The position numbers and the translations under genes were made by a program. This document shows positions 1 through 7,986 of a stretch of DNA of 32,006 nucleotides, in pieces. Positions within the stretch are counted from its first letter, which is position 1; each line of letters opens with the position of its first letter. The notes beneath the pieces are model-generated. The model was not told the DNA's origin, searched no databases, and saw nothing but the letters and a program-made list of their open reading frames with translations. Source of the DNA: a virus (taxonomy: Duplodnaviria > Caudoviricetes); IMG/VR virus record IMGVR_UViG_3300025803_002419, positions 1 to 32,006 of that record. One strand, given 5' to 3'.

Positions 1-181
1 GTTTCGATCGTCTGCTCGTCGACGCTCATCGGTGCGCCCCCTTGCCATGCCCGCACCGGTCGCAGCCGGGCTGGTCGGGATACTCGTCGGGGTCGACGTT
101 GACGAATGTAGAGCACGGTTCCGGCCATCGCTCGCCAGTCTCGCGGGTCTGCTCGTCCAAGTACCAGTCAAGATCGTTCAT
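1..181 (-). CDS. Hypothetical protein, runs off the left edge (MNDLDWYLDEQ...CDRCGHG)
   Basis: Translated by hand; ATG at 179-181 just after the nuclease stop; frame is open to the window edge; has a CxxC motif. Confidence 0.5.
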
Positions 182-184
182 TAT

Positions 185-1210
185 CTAACCTCGCCAACCG
201 TAGGCGGGCGGCTCGGCCACGTGCTCGACTTCCGACTCGCGCTGATATGCCTCGCGTGAACTTTCCCACTGGTGAATGCGACGCAGCGCGACCGCGAGCT
301 TCTCGCGACCTTGCGCGATGAACCGCGGCGACATCTTGACGACGTGCACGATCACCCGACCGCCCGTTTTCGCCGTTGATTTGTCGACGACCACCCATTG
401 GAAAACGTCGGAGTCGTGCCCGTGCTCGCGCAAAACGTCGAGGTATAGCGCCGCGCTCAGATCGTAGTGATACCGATTCGCAGCTCGATAGAACGACTCG
501 ACGCTTTCGCCGCCTGACCATGTCTTGAGGTCGCTGACCCTTCGCCCCATCTGAAGCCAGTCCGGGCGAGCTTTCATCGCCCACGATCGGTCGCTGATTT
601 TCGGGTCCGTATAAGTCACGTCAGCAAAAAACGAAGCCTCGCCGATTCCATCTTTAAAGATCCCCTGGTCCTTTATCACGCTGTGATCCGCGACCGCGTC
701 CGCTACTCGATACATTTCCGACCACTCCTCGGCGCTGACGAAGGTTTTGCCCTGCGACTCGGAGCCGTGACGCGACAGCACGTCAGACCAGAGCACCGCG
801 TCCGGCACCGATTCGCGCACCATGTCGACGAGCTCGGCGGATTTCTTGCCCGAGTATCCTTTGACGCCTGCCGACTTTAGGGCGCCGCGCAAATCTGAAG
901 CGGTTCGAAGCGCGTCAGGATAGTCGTCAGGATTCGGCGAGACGCAGTACCGACGATGAATTTCTTCGGGCTCGACGACTGCCGTATGAATTCGATTTCC
1001 GTAGGCTGCCGCCATCGGATGAATGCCGCTCGGCGCGTCGATTCTGCCAGGGTGAATCAGTGCGCGCTTCACGACTGACGAGCCCATTTCGGGTCGCTGG
1101 TGGTATTCCTCGTTGGACATCTGCACGGCGCACGATGCCTCGGGCGGCGCAGGGTTTTCGGATTCTGTCGCAGCGTCGGAAAAGTCGAATAGTGGAAAGA
1201 TCGAGCTCAT
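185..1210 (-). CDS. Exonuclease VIII/RecE-like PD-(D/E)XK nuclease (DUF3799-like)
   Basis: MSNEEYH..MGSSVVK N-terminus, GNRIHTAVVEP, KARPDW, SDLKT and YHYDLSAALY motifs typical of phage ExoVIII-like nucleases. Confidence 0.85.
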   Translation of the reverse strand: MSSIFPLFDFSDAATESENPAPPEASCAVQMSNEEYHQRPEMGSSVVKRALIHPGRIDAPSGIHPMAAAYGNRIHTAVVEPEEIHRRYCVSPNPDDYPDALRTASDLRGALKSAGVKGYSGKKSAELVDMVRESVPDAVLWSDVLSRHGSESQGKTFVSAEEWSEMYRVADAVADHSVIKDQGIFKDGIGEASFFADVTYTDPKISDRSWAMKARPDWLQMGRRVSDLKTWSGGESVESFYRAANRYHYDLSAALYLDVLREHGHDSDVFQWVVVDKSTAKTGGRVIVHVVKMSPRFIAQGREKLAVALRRIHQWESSREAYQRESEVEHVAEPPAYGWRG

Positions 1211-2124
1211 GCTTGCCCCCGCTGGTCAGCATAGGTCCGCGACCATTCGCCCGCGTCGTCGTTCCATCGACCGCCTATCGGCAGAAGATGCCCGCCGTCA
1301 GCCAGTCGCGACGCGATCCGATGAACGTCCGTCGAATCTGAATCAGGCGCCCCGCCGACCATCTGCATGATCCCGCCGACGTTCGTCGTCAGAATGTTCC
1401 AGCGGTCAGCACGCAGTCGACCGTTGAAGATTCGGAACAGCCCCTCGAGCTGGTTCGACGTGCACGCCGCGGTTCGCGTCCCCATATCGTCGACGAGGAG
1501 CACGGGCGCCGATGTCGCTGCCCTGATAATGCGCTCGACGCTCCTCGATCCGTCATCATGCGCGAACGGATTCAGCGCTCGAATCAGTGCCGCGGCATTC
1601 CAGACGATCGGACTGATGCCCGTTCGCTCGACCAGCATTCGCACGGCGCCGATTGCGAGGTGAGACTTCCCAGTCCCTACAGGCCCGCCGAGAATCAGAG
1701 TCCTCGTCGGCTTTTCGCGCTTCCATTCGCCCGATATAACGAGCTCGGCCCAGCCGCTAACCGCGGCGAGCGCTCGACGCTGGTGGTCGTTCCTCGGCAG
1801 GAAAGTCGAAAAGCTAGCGCCGCCGGGGTGTCGCGTCGTGTCCGAATGCTCGATAGCAATCGCAGCGGCACGAGCTCGACGCTTGTCGCGCTCGAGTGTC
1901 ACGTCGAGCTCGTCGAGCTCGCGCATAGCAGCACACCGCGCCGTGTCGAATGCTCGCCCGACATCGGTCGCGGCCCACTCGGCGCGAGCCTTTAACCAGG
2001 CGCACGAATCGCCGTCGAAATCGGCGAGTTGAGGCAGCGAATCGGGAATCAGCAGCTCGGCGCGAGCGTCGAAGCTGGCGAGCCCGCGAATTGAATCGTG
2101 CGAAATGTTCATGGTGTGACTCAT
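1207..2124 (-). CDS. DnaC/IstB-like AAA+ ATPase (helicase loader)
   Basis: Walker A GPVGTGKSHLA, Walker B LLVDDMG, ILTTN, RIASRL; lies downstream of the initiator; start placed at ATG 2122-2124 after a GAGGGG RBS. Confidence 0.88.
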   Translation of the reverse strand: MSHTMNISHDSIRGLASFDARAELLIPDSLPQLADFDGDSCAWLKARAEWAATDVGRAFDTARCAAMRELDELDVTLERDKRRARAAAIAIEHSDTTRHPGGASFSTFLPRNDHQRRALAAVSGWAELVISGEWKREKPTRTLILGGPVGTGKSHLAIGAVRMLVERTGISPIVWNAAALIRALNPFAHDDGSRSVERIIRAATSAPVLLVDDMGTRTAACTSNQLEGLFRIFNGRLRADRWNILTTNVGGIMQMVGGAPDSDSTDVHRIASRLADGGHLLPIGGRWNDDAGEWSRTYADQRGQA

Positions 2125-2211
2125 AGAATGCCGCCCCCTCGCAGTCACTCGAGGAGACGGCGCCGACCGAAGTCGGGAAATGTTAACAGCGGGTGACTGG
2201 ACCGCTCGACA

Positions 2212-2240
2212 AGCGTGACCACTGCTCGACAGATTGTCAA
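2212..2240 (-). promoter_or_regulatory. Possible sigma70-type promoter upstream of the DnaC-like gene
   Basis: Minus-strand TTGACA (2235-2240), 17-bp spacer, CACGCT (2212-2217) in the intergenic gap. Confidence 0.35.
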
Positions 2241-2249
2241 GGTGCGCGA

Positions 2250-3179
2250 TCACCATTCGTTGAACCCTTCAGGCAGCATCGTCGGAACGGCGACACCGTC
2301 GAAGCCGCGCGCCCGCTTTTCGGCTGCCTGACGCTCGAGGCGAGCTGCGTTCGCCCATCGCACCAGGTCGCGCGCGAACCAGTGCAGCGGAAGATCCCGC
2401 TCGGCGGCGTCAGGTCGCTTTTCCTCGGCTGCGACCCACAGCTCGAATCCTCGATAGATATCGGCGTCGGTCGTGTCATCGGTCGCGAGGAGCTCCTCGC
2501 GGTTTCGATTGAACTCTCGCCAATGAATCGAGCGCGGGCAGTATCCTCGGCGGTCAGTGTACCTTGCGACGATTAGGCGCCTGATTTCGAAATTCGAATC
2601 ATAAAAAAGGGGGGTAGCTTCTGGCGTCGTCGCTAACCCCTCGCGCCCGCCCGCGCTCCCTTCTGAAGTTTTCGTTCTAAGGTTTTCTTTCTGAAGGTTT
2701 TCTTTCTTTAGTGTTCGGTTTTGCGTTCGGTTTTCCGTTCCAGCTTCCGTTCGGCTTCCGTTCGGCGCTACGTCGAAAACGCCGTTAGTAGCTGGCAAAG
2801 GTCCGTTCGGTTTCCGTTCACTTTTGCGTTCACTTTTCCGTTCACTTTTCCGTTCACTCGATTCGGGCTGAAATCGGGCATAATTTGTCACGGTCCAGAG
2901 CGCCGGATCCCGGTTCGTTTTACCTGGTGCGAACTCGATCATTCCCGCCTCGACGAGCTCGGCCTTGAACTTGTGCAGAGTCGCGAGCGGCATGTCGACG
3001 ACGTTCGCGAGCTGACGCATGGTGGCGAGGAATTGTCCTCGTGCGAGCTCGTCAGCGTCGCGGAAGTAAGCCGCGCCGATCATCCACTGCCACAGCGCGA
3101 AGCGCCGAGGTCGCGATATACCGACGATCGGGTGTGAGAATGTCGAACGGTGCGTTCGGAAATGTCCGTCTTTAATCAT
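2250..3179 (-). CDS. Phage replication initiator (lambda O-like; N-terminal HTH, repeat-containing linker)
   Basis: RGQFLATMRQLA...LVEAGMI...TVTNYARFQ N-terminal pattern; internal repeats; upstream of the DnaC-like gene; ATGA overlap with the methylase stop. Confidence 0.8.
   Translation of the reverse strand: MIKDGHFRTHRSTFSHPIVGISRPRRFALWQWMIGAAYFRDADELARGQFLATMRQLANVVDMPLATLHKFKAELVEAGMIEFAPGKTNRDPALWTVTNYARFQPESSERKSERKSERKSERKPNGPLPATNGVFDVAPNGSRTEAGTENRTQNRTLKKENLQKENLRTKTSEGSAGGREGLATTPEATPLFYDSNFEIRRLIVARYTDRRGYCPRSIHWREFNRNREELLATDDTTDADIYRGFELWVAAEEKRPDAAERDLPLHWFARDLVRWANAARLERQAAEKRARGFDGVAVPTMLPEGFNEW
2811..2858. repeat. Four tandem 12-bp repeats TTT(C/G)CGTTCACT, putative origin iterons
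   Basis: Read directly; they encode SERK x4; further CGTTCGG-type repeats at about 2712-2766 and a T-rich tract at about 2668-2710. Confidence 0.8.
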
Positions 3180-4438
3180 GAAAAAAGCCCGAGCTGACCC
3201 TCGTGAACCTCGTCGGGTGCCTGATAGTCGGGCTCCCACATCGCCGCGAACTCCCGAGCGTGCGCAATGCGAGCGCGGGCGATCTCCACGTATTCGAGCG
3301 ACAGTTCGCAGCCGACGAACTCGAAACCCTCAAGCGCCGCCGCTACGCCGGTTGTACCGCTCCCGGTGTACGGGTCGAGGACTACGCCGCCCGGTGGCGT
3401 CACGAGTCGCGTGAGCCAGCGCATGACGGCGACCGGCTTCACGGTGGGGTGGACGTTGCGCCGTTCGGTCTTGCCGCGCTGATAGGCGGTATCGTTCGCG
3501 GTCTGACGCCCGTCGCCTACGGTTGCGGGCGCGAAGTCTGCGAGCCCCAGCTCGCGCTCGGCGCGGCTCGCCTTCGGGCTGTAGAAGAAGCGGGCGGCGC
3601 TTTCGTCGCCGTCGTCAGGAAATACCGCCAGCACTTCCGGCGAGCCGTCGTGGATGATGTTCGCGGGCCAGCGGCCTTGCACGGGGCGAGCATCCCCCGA
3701 CTTTGCGAGTCCACAGTTGGATTCGTTCCACGTGTTGCCGCCAGCCGCGCCGCCTCCCCATCCGACGACATCCGTCCCCACCCGGCACCCATCCACATTG
3801 ATCGCCCCCGTGCCATGCTCCAGCACGTTCGCGGCGACGGTGCCGGCTAGCGGCTTGCGGGCCAGGACGATCGGCTCGTGCGACGGCTTCAGCGCAGTGC
3901 CCCAGCCCTCCCACGTTCGCGCGTCGTCGGTTGCGGGGGCGGTGATGTCGTATTCGGGCGCAAACGCTCCGAGCGCCTCGGTATCTTGTGTCGCCGCACC
4001 CTTTGCGGTCCCGAGCGCATGGCGCTCCGCACCCGCCGCCCTATCGATCGCCTTGCTGACGTTCATCGATTTTGGGAACCCCGATCCGTACATCCAGATC
4101 AGTTGATCCCGCACCTCAAACCCCGCGAGCCGAACGCCCATCACGATCCAATCGTAGGTGCGGCTACCAGCGAACGCGACGAGATGACCGCCCGGTTTCA
4201 GCACGCGCAAGCACTCGGCCCAGACGAGCGGACTAGGGACGAACGCATCCCACGCGCGCCCCATGAATCCAGCGCCGCCCGGCTTGAATTCCTCGCCATC
4301 GAGCCACGCCCGCAGAACGTCGCGCGCCTTCGGCTCTTTGCCGAGACCGTAGGGCGGATCCGTCACGACGGAATCAACCGACGCGTCGGGCATTTTGCGG
4401 AGCGTTGCGAGGCAGTCGCCAAGCCTGATATCAGGCAC
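3176..4438 (-). CDS. DNA methyltransferase, beta class (N6_N4_Mtase), probably m6A
   Basis: GDCL, VTDPPY, HPTVKP and LDPYTGSGTTG motifs; GTG start at 4436-4438 overlaps the regulator stop. Confidence 0.93.
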   Translation of the reverse strand: MPDIRLGDCLATLRKMPDASVDSVVTDPPYGLGKEPKARDVLRAWLDGEEFKPGGAGFMGRAWDAFVPSPLVWAECLRVLKPGGHLVAFAGSRTYDWIVMGVRLAGFEVRDQLIWMYGSGFPKSMNVSKAIDRAAGAERHALGTAKGAATQDTEALGAFAPEYDITAPATDDARTWEGWGTALKPSHEPIVLARKPLAGTVAANVLEHGTGAINVDGCRVGTDVVGWGGGAAGGNTWNESNCGLAKSGDARPVQGRWPANIIHDGSPEVLAVFPDDGDESAARFFYSPKASRAERELGLADFAPATVGDGRQTANDTAYQRGKTERRNVHPTVKPVAVMRWLTRLVTPPGGVVLDPYTGSGTTGVAAALEGFEFVGCELSLEYVEIARARIAHAREFAAMWEPDYQAPDEVHEGQLGLFS

Positions 4439-4679
4439 GAGACGCCGCCCGCACCGCGTCGAGTCCTGCACCAGTGACCCACAGCGAGCGCGGGACACCA
4501 GGCAAGCGCCCGACGAGCCCTTTCCGCTCCATTCTCTCGAGGTGGCCCAGAACGCAGCCCGTACCGCTGACGCCTATTCCGTCACAGATTTCTCGAATCG
4601 ACGGCGCGTGCTGGCGTTTCTCTATGTACTGCGCGACGAAGCAAAGAAGGTCGAGCTGACGCTCGGTCGGTGGATTCAT
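4431..4679 (-). CDS. LexA-like winged-helix DNA-binding protein lacking the peptidase domain
   Basis: TERQLDLLCFV..YIEKRQHAPSIREICDGIG..HLERMERKGLV.R.PGVPRSL matches the LexA N-terminal domain; 82 aa from ATG 4679. Confidence 0.85.
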   Translation of the reverse strand: MNPPTERQLDLLCFVAQYIEKRQHAPSIREICDGIGVSGTGCVLGHLERMERKGLVGRLPGVPRSLWVTGAGLDAVRAASRA

Positions 4680-4709
4680 GACTAGCCCGTTGTTATGAGG
4701 TCGCGCCAA

Positions 4710-4737
4710 ACTATAGCCCCGGGGCAACGCCTGTCAA
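4710..4737 (-). promoter_or_regulatory. Leftward sigma70-like promoter
   Basis: Minus-strand TTGACA (4732-4737), 16-bp spacer, TATAGT (4710-4715). Confidence 0.6.
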
Positions 4738-4780
4738 CGGGTGTCACCTGTCAACGGGTGTCACTTGACAACGGGTGTCA
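4730..4780. repeat. Three tandem 17-bp direct repeats, putative operators
   Basis: CCTGTCAACGGGTGTCA at 4730 and 4747; CTTGACAACGGGTGTCA at 4764. Confidence 0.9.
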
Positions 4781-4792
4781 GGGTGCTACCTT
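4765..4792 (+). promoter_or_regulatory. Rightward sigma70-like promoter
   Basis: TTGACA (4765-4770), 16-bp spacer, TGc-TACCTT extended -10 (4787-4792). Confidence 0.6.
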
Positions 4793-4820
4793 CTGAGCCT
4801 GAGACGAAACCAGCACCCCA

Positions 4821-4845
4821 ACCGGAGTCACAAAAATGAACGTCA
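4821..4845 (+). repeat. Start-associated repeat, copy 1 (CCGGAGTCACAAAAATGAACGTCA)
   Basis: Near-identical copy at 5058-5080 and a degenerate copy at 7111-7140. Confidence 0.8.
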
Positions 4846-5036
4846 CAATAACAGCAGTCCTCGACCCGTCAGACGATACGCCCTGGCCTCTAGAGTATCA
4901 CCCGAGCCAATTCGACAGCCGGGACGCCGCGTCGGCACACTTCGAGCGAGAAGCGCGTCACTCGCAAGAATACGAAGCTGGCGAGATCCTGACGATCTGC
5001 ACCAGTGACGATTCTTGGCGCGTCGTAATTCAGTAA
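4836..5036 (+). CDS. Hypothetical early protein (66 aa)
   Basis: GGAG RBS; first gene after the rightward promoter. Confidence 0.75.
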   Translation: MNVTITAVLDPSDDTPWPLEYHPSQFDSRDAASAHFEREARHSQEYEAGEILTICTSDDSWRVVIQ

Positions 5037-5057
5037 TTCAGAAAACCAACATCACAC

Positions 5058-5080
5058 CCGGAGTCACAAAATGAACGTCA
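5058..5080 (+). repeat. Start-associated repeat, copy 2
   Basis: CCGGAGTCACAAAATGAACGTCA. Confidence 0.8.
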
Positions 5081-5169
5081 GAACCGCTGTCCGAGTCACC
5101 GCAACCGCAATCGCACGAGCCGCCGCGCTCCTGCTCGTCTGGGCGCTCGTCGCCGTGTGCTTCCTTTGA
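5071..5169 (+). CDS. Small hydrophobic peptide (32 aa, MNVRTAVRVTATAIARAAALLLVWALVAVCFL)
   Basis: Translated by hand; GGAG RBS within the repeat; one TM-like segment. Confidence 0.55.
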   Translation: MNVRTAVRVTATAIARAAALLLVWALVAVCFL

Positions 5170-6668
5170 GCGCCGACGATCAGGTCGTGTCGCTTCGCGC
5201 CAATACAGTTTCGACGCAATTCGCGTCACCCTCGAGCTCGCGGAGTGGGATTCAGGAGCTCGAGGGACCTTCGAACATTTACGAGCCGCGCAACGTCGAG
5301 CAATCGATGTGGCTCGCAAAGACGATCGCGGAATCAGGCATGGCGCCCGCGGGAATGGATACGCCGCAAAAGCTGATCGTCGCCATGATGCACGGCGCTT
5401 CGCTCGGGCTGTCAGCGCTTCAAAGCGTGCAGAATATCCACGTCATAAAGGGAAAGCCGACGCTCAGTGCTGACCTAATGGGCGCGATCACTCGCAGCTC
5501 GAGGTCGTGCCTGTACTTGCGCGAAACCGTCGCGACGCCCGAGCGCGTCACCATGACGACCGCGCGAACCGATGACCCCGATCACGAATTCGCCCGCACG
5601 TGGACGATCGACGACGCAAGGCGTGCAAACCTGACGAACTCGAGCACATGGCGAAGCTACCCTCGACAAATGCTGCGAGCTCGATGCCTGTCGGAGATTT
5701 GCCGCGCGGTATATCCCGAGGTCGTCGGCGGCTTCTATGTCCCGCACGAGCTCGACGCGAGTCGAGTGCCCGAGCCTCGAATCGCTGCACGGCCCGCACC
5801 AGCGGCGCAAGCAGCCGAGGTCGTCGTCGAGGTCGTCGAAACAAAGAAAAGCGCACCAGCGCCGAACCGCGCACTCGTCGAAGCGAAATCCGCGCAGGCA
5901 GACCTAGTCGCCGCGCACGAGCTGACGCTTCAGCGAATCCAGCGCACGCGCGAAACCGCTGTTCCGATCTACCAGCAAGCGCACCCGATGCTCGGCGAGC
6001 TCCTCGACGCGCTGTGCGACCTGGTCGAACTCGACACGTCGAACACTGACCACCTCGCACGCTTTAAGCTGCTCGACAGGCTGAAGCCGCTCGAAACGGA
6101 AAACGGAAAGAAGCTAACCGAGAAGGAATGGCTCGCGCTTTTGGACGTGCCGACGGTCGACGGCGCGAGAAGTACAGGCGCACACCTTCGCGCCGCGTCA
6201 GCCTATGCGCGACTAGTGCTCGAGTCGTGGGCATGGCGCTATGAATGCCCGCAACCGTTCGACGTGGTCAGTTCGACGCTCTCAGCGACACCAGGCGAGA
6301 AGCTGATCGACTGCGTCGTCGACGTGACGGATCTTCCGGGGCACCATTGGCGCCCGCGATTCGTCGAGCTCGTCGGCGAGCTGCTCGCCACCGACGCCGA
6401 GCCGATGTCGCCGCAAGCGCTCGAGGTTTACAATCGCGCAGTGAAGACTACCGAAATGACCGACAAAGGACGCGAAACGCTTCGAGCCGCGCTCTCGAAG
6501 GTGCCTGTCGACCTGATGCCAGTCGCGGAACGAATGGCGACGACTCACCATGTCGGTCTACTCCTCGGATCCGACGACCCGGAGAAAACCGTGCAAGCGA
6601 TGGCGGCGAAGTATCGCGACGAAAAAAGCCGAGCCAGTGAAGACAAACGTCGACAGCGGTCGACATGA
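5157..6668 (+). CDS. RecT-like ssDNA annealing protein with a long C-terminal extension (start uncertain)
   Basis: GASLGLSALQSVQNIHVIKGKPTLSADLM, WTIDDARRANL, WRSYPRQMLRAR and YPEVVGGFYVPHEL are typical of RecT-family proteins. Confidence 0.85.
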   Translation: MLPLSADDQVVSLRANTVSTQFASPSSSRSGIQELEGPSNIYEPRNVEQSMWLAKTIAESGMAPAGMDTPQKLIVAMMHGASLGLSALQSVQNIHVIKGKPTLSADLMGAITRSSRSCLYLRETVATPERVTMTTARTDDPDHEFARTWTIDDARRANLTNSSTWRSYPRQMLRARCLSEICRAVYPEVVGGFYVPHELDASRVPEPRIAARPAPAAQAAEVVVEVVETKKSAPAPNRALVEAKSAQADLVAAHELTLQRIQRTRETAVPIYQQAHPMLGELLDALCDLVELDTSNTDHLARFKLLDRLKPLETENGKKLTEKEWLALLDVPTVDGARSTGAHLRAASAYARLVLESWAWRYECPQPFDVVSSTLSATPGEKLIDCVVDVTDLPGHHWRPRFVELVGELLATDAEPMSPQALEVYNRAVKTTEMTDKGRETLRAALSKVPVDLMPVAERMATTHHVGLLLGSDDPEKTVQAMAAKYRDEKSRASEDKRRQRST

Positions 6669-7090
6669 TGACAGCGACGAAGCCTCGATACTCGCGACCC
6701 GTGCTGCGATCATGCGAGGTTATACGAATGGAAAACGAGTGCTATCGATTGCGTCGAGCCGATGGATTCTGGAGCCAGGGATTCCCGAGCCCACACGCTA
6801 TCGAGTGGCACGCCAAAAACAGAACCGTGTTCACGTTTCGTCGCCCGCAATCGCAAAGCCCGTCATCGGCGATCCATCGCGTCGAAGCGCCGCCAAACGC
6901 AAAGCGAGCGCGAGCTCAAAGGCCGATGCCAGTCAGGCGACCCGATATCGAATCGCCCGCTCGCGTGATCATTGCCGCGGCGCGACGACTCGACCTGATG
7001 CTCGACGTTGACGCCGCGCGAGCCTATCGCGAATTTTTCGACGTGTTCGCGCTAGCGGTCGAAGATCTCGACCGCGCCGTGAATCCATAA
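6665..7090 (+). CDS. Hypothetical protein
   Basis: ATGA overlap with the RecT-like stop; fills the gap in the plus-strand block. Confidence 0.6.
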   Translation: MMTATKPRYSRPVLRSCEVIRMENECYRLRRADGFWSQGFPSPHAIEWHAKNRTVFTFRRPQSQSPSSAIHRVEAPPNAKRARAQRPMPVRRPDIESPARVIIAAARRLDLMLDVDAARAYREFFDVFALAVEDLDRAVNP

Positions 7091-7123
7091 CCGCGCCGAA
7101 TGGCGCACACCCGGAGCAAAACA

Positions 7124-7270
7124 ATGACCGTAACAATAACAGACGTAAAGATCCCCTTCGACTCGATGGTGGTATTGATCATCAAATGGACCTTTGCGAG
7201 CATTTGCGCGGGCGCCGTGCTTTCCTTCCCGCTCGTGATCGCCTGGGCGCTGATGCTCGCTGGAAACTAG
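7124..7270 (+). CDS. Small membrane protein (48 aa, MTVTITDVKIPFDSMVVLIIKWTFASIC...)
   Basis: Translated by hand; CCGGAG RBS; hydrophobic C-terminal half; not in the ORF track because of its length. Confidence 0.7.
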   Translation: MTVTITDVKIPFDSMVVLIIKWTFASICAGAVLSFPLVIAWALMLAGN

Positions 7271-7773
7271 GTGTCGACGTCCCGGAGCAGCCCGTCGAGC
7301 TCCTGAAGGACGCGCACCTTCAGCGCCGCCCTGTCCTCGTCGCTCATGCTTTCGAGGAGCGCGGGCGATGCTTCTGATCCTGGTGCGACCTGGTGCGGCG
7401 CCTGGTGCGGCGTCGGAATCGGAATGTCTCGAACGTCGGTCGCCTGACCGAGCCCGCCCCCGATGAGAATCGCCAACGCAGCGACAAGCAGAAACACGAC
7501 CGCGACGCCCGAAGGCGATGCGAGAATCTTCACGATCTCGACGACGGTCGACGGCGACGGCGGCGCCTGAGCGACGATCGAGTTTTGTCGCACGAGCGCC
7601 GCGTCGAGCTCCTCGACCTTCAGCGATAGCGAGTCGACGCGAGCGTTTATCAGGTCGACGTCGTGCAATAGCCCGCGACTCGTCATGCTTCCGACGAGTG
7701 CCACCTTGATTTCAGAGATCCGAGCCCGAAGGTCAGCGAATAATGGATCGAGAGTCTCTGACACGTCGGTCAC
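7267..7773 (-). CDS. Coiled-coil membrane protein, last gene of the lysis-associated block
   Basis: Heptad-like N-terminal half and TM segment VAVVFLLVAALAILIG. Confidence 0.7.
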   Translation of the reverse strand: MTDVSETLDPLFADLRARISEIKVALVGSMTSRGLLHDVDLINARVDSLSLKVEELDAALVRQNSIVAQAPPSPSTVVEIVKILASPSGVAVVFLLVAALAILIGGGLGQATDVRDIPIPTPHQAPHQVAPGSEASPALLESMSDEDRAALKVRVLQELDGLLRDVDT

Positions 7774-7894
7774 GGTAGTTCCGGAGCGCGAGAGACAGCC
7801 CGGTCAGCTCGGCAGTCACCTCGAGAAGTAATTCGACGACGCGGTCGCCTGCCTCGGTCGGCTCGTCTGGTTCCGCTTGCGCGCTGGCGATCAT
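7733..7894 (-). CDS. Small hypothetical protein (53 aa, MIASAQAEPDEP...)
   Basis: Translated by hand; ATGA coupling to the upstream 31-aa ORF. Confidence 0.4.
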   Translation of the reverse strand: MIASAQAEPDEPTEAGDRVVELLLEVTAELTGLSLALRNYRDRRVRDSRSIIR

Positions 7895-7986
7895 CGGCCC
7901 GAGCACATTGCGAGGAGCACGACGAGAACCACCAGCGACACGACGACAACCATCGCGAGCTCGTCGCGATATCGATGCTCGGCCAT
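7891..7986 (-). CDS. Small single-TM peptide (31 aa, MAEHRYRDELAMVVVVSLVVLVVLLAMCSGR)
   Basis: Translated by hand; TGATG overlap with the upstream gene; strong TM segment. Confidence 0.5.
   Translation of the reverse strand: MAEHRYRDELAMVVVVSLVVLVVLLAMCSGR

Noticed and set aside
1207-2124. IS21 IstB transposition helper
   Set aside because: No IstA transposase or terminal inverted repeats; the context is a replication module
3176-4438. Restriction-modification system
   Set aside because: No adjacent endonuclease gene; consistent with an orphan phage methylase
4431-4727. Host SOS repressor lexA, or the longer 98-aa ORF call
   Set aside because: No peptidase domain or cleavage region; the longer start runs through the predicted promoter
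4730-4780. Tandem repeats as a mini CRISPR array
   Set aside because: The repeats abut with no spacers, are only 17 bp, and no cas genes are present
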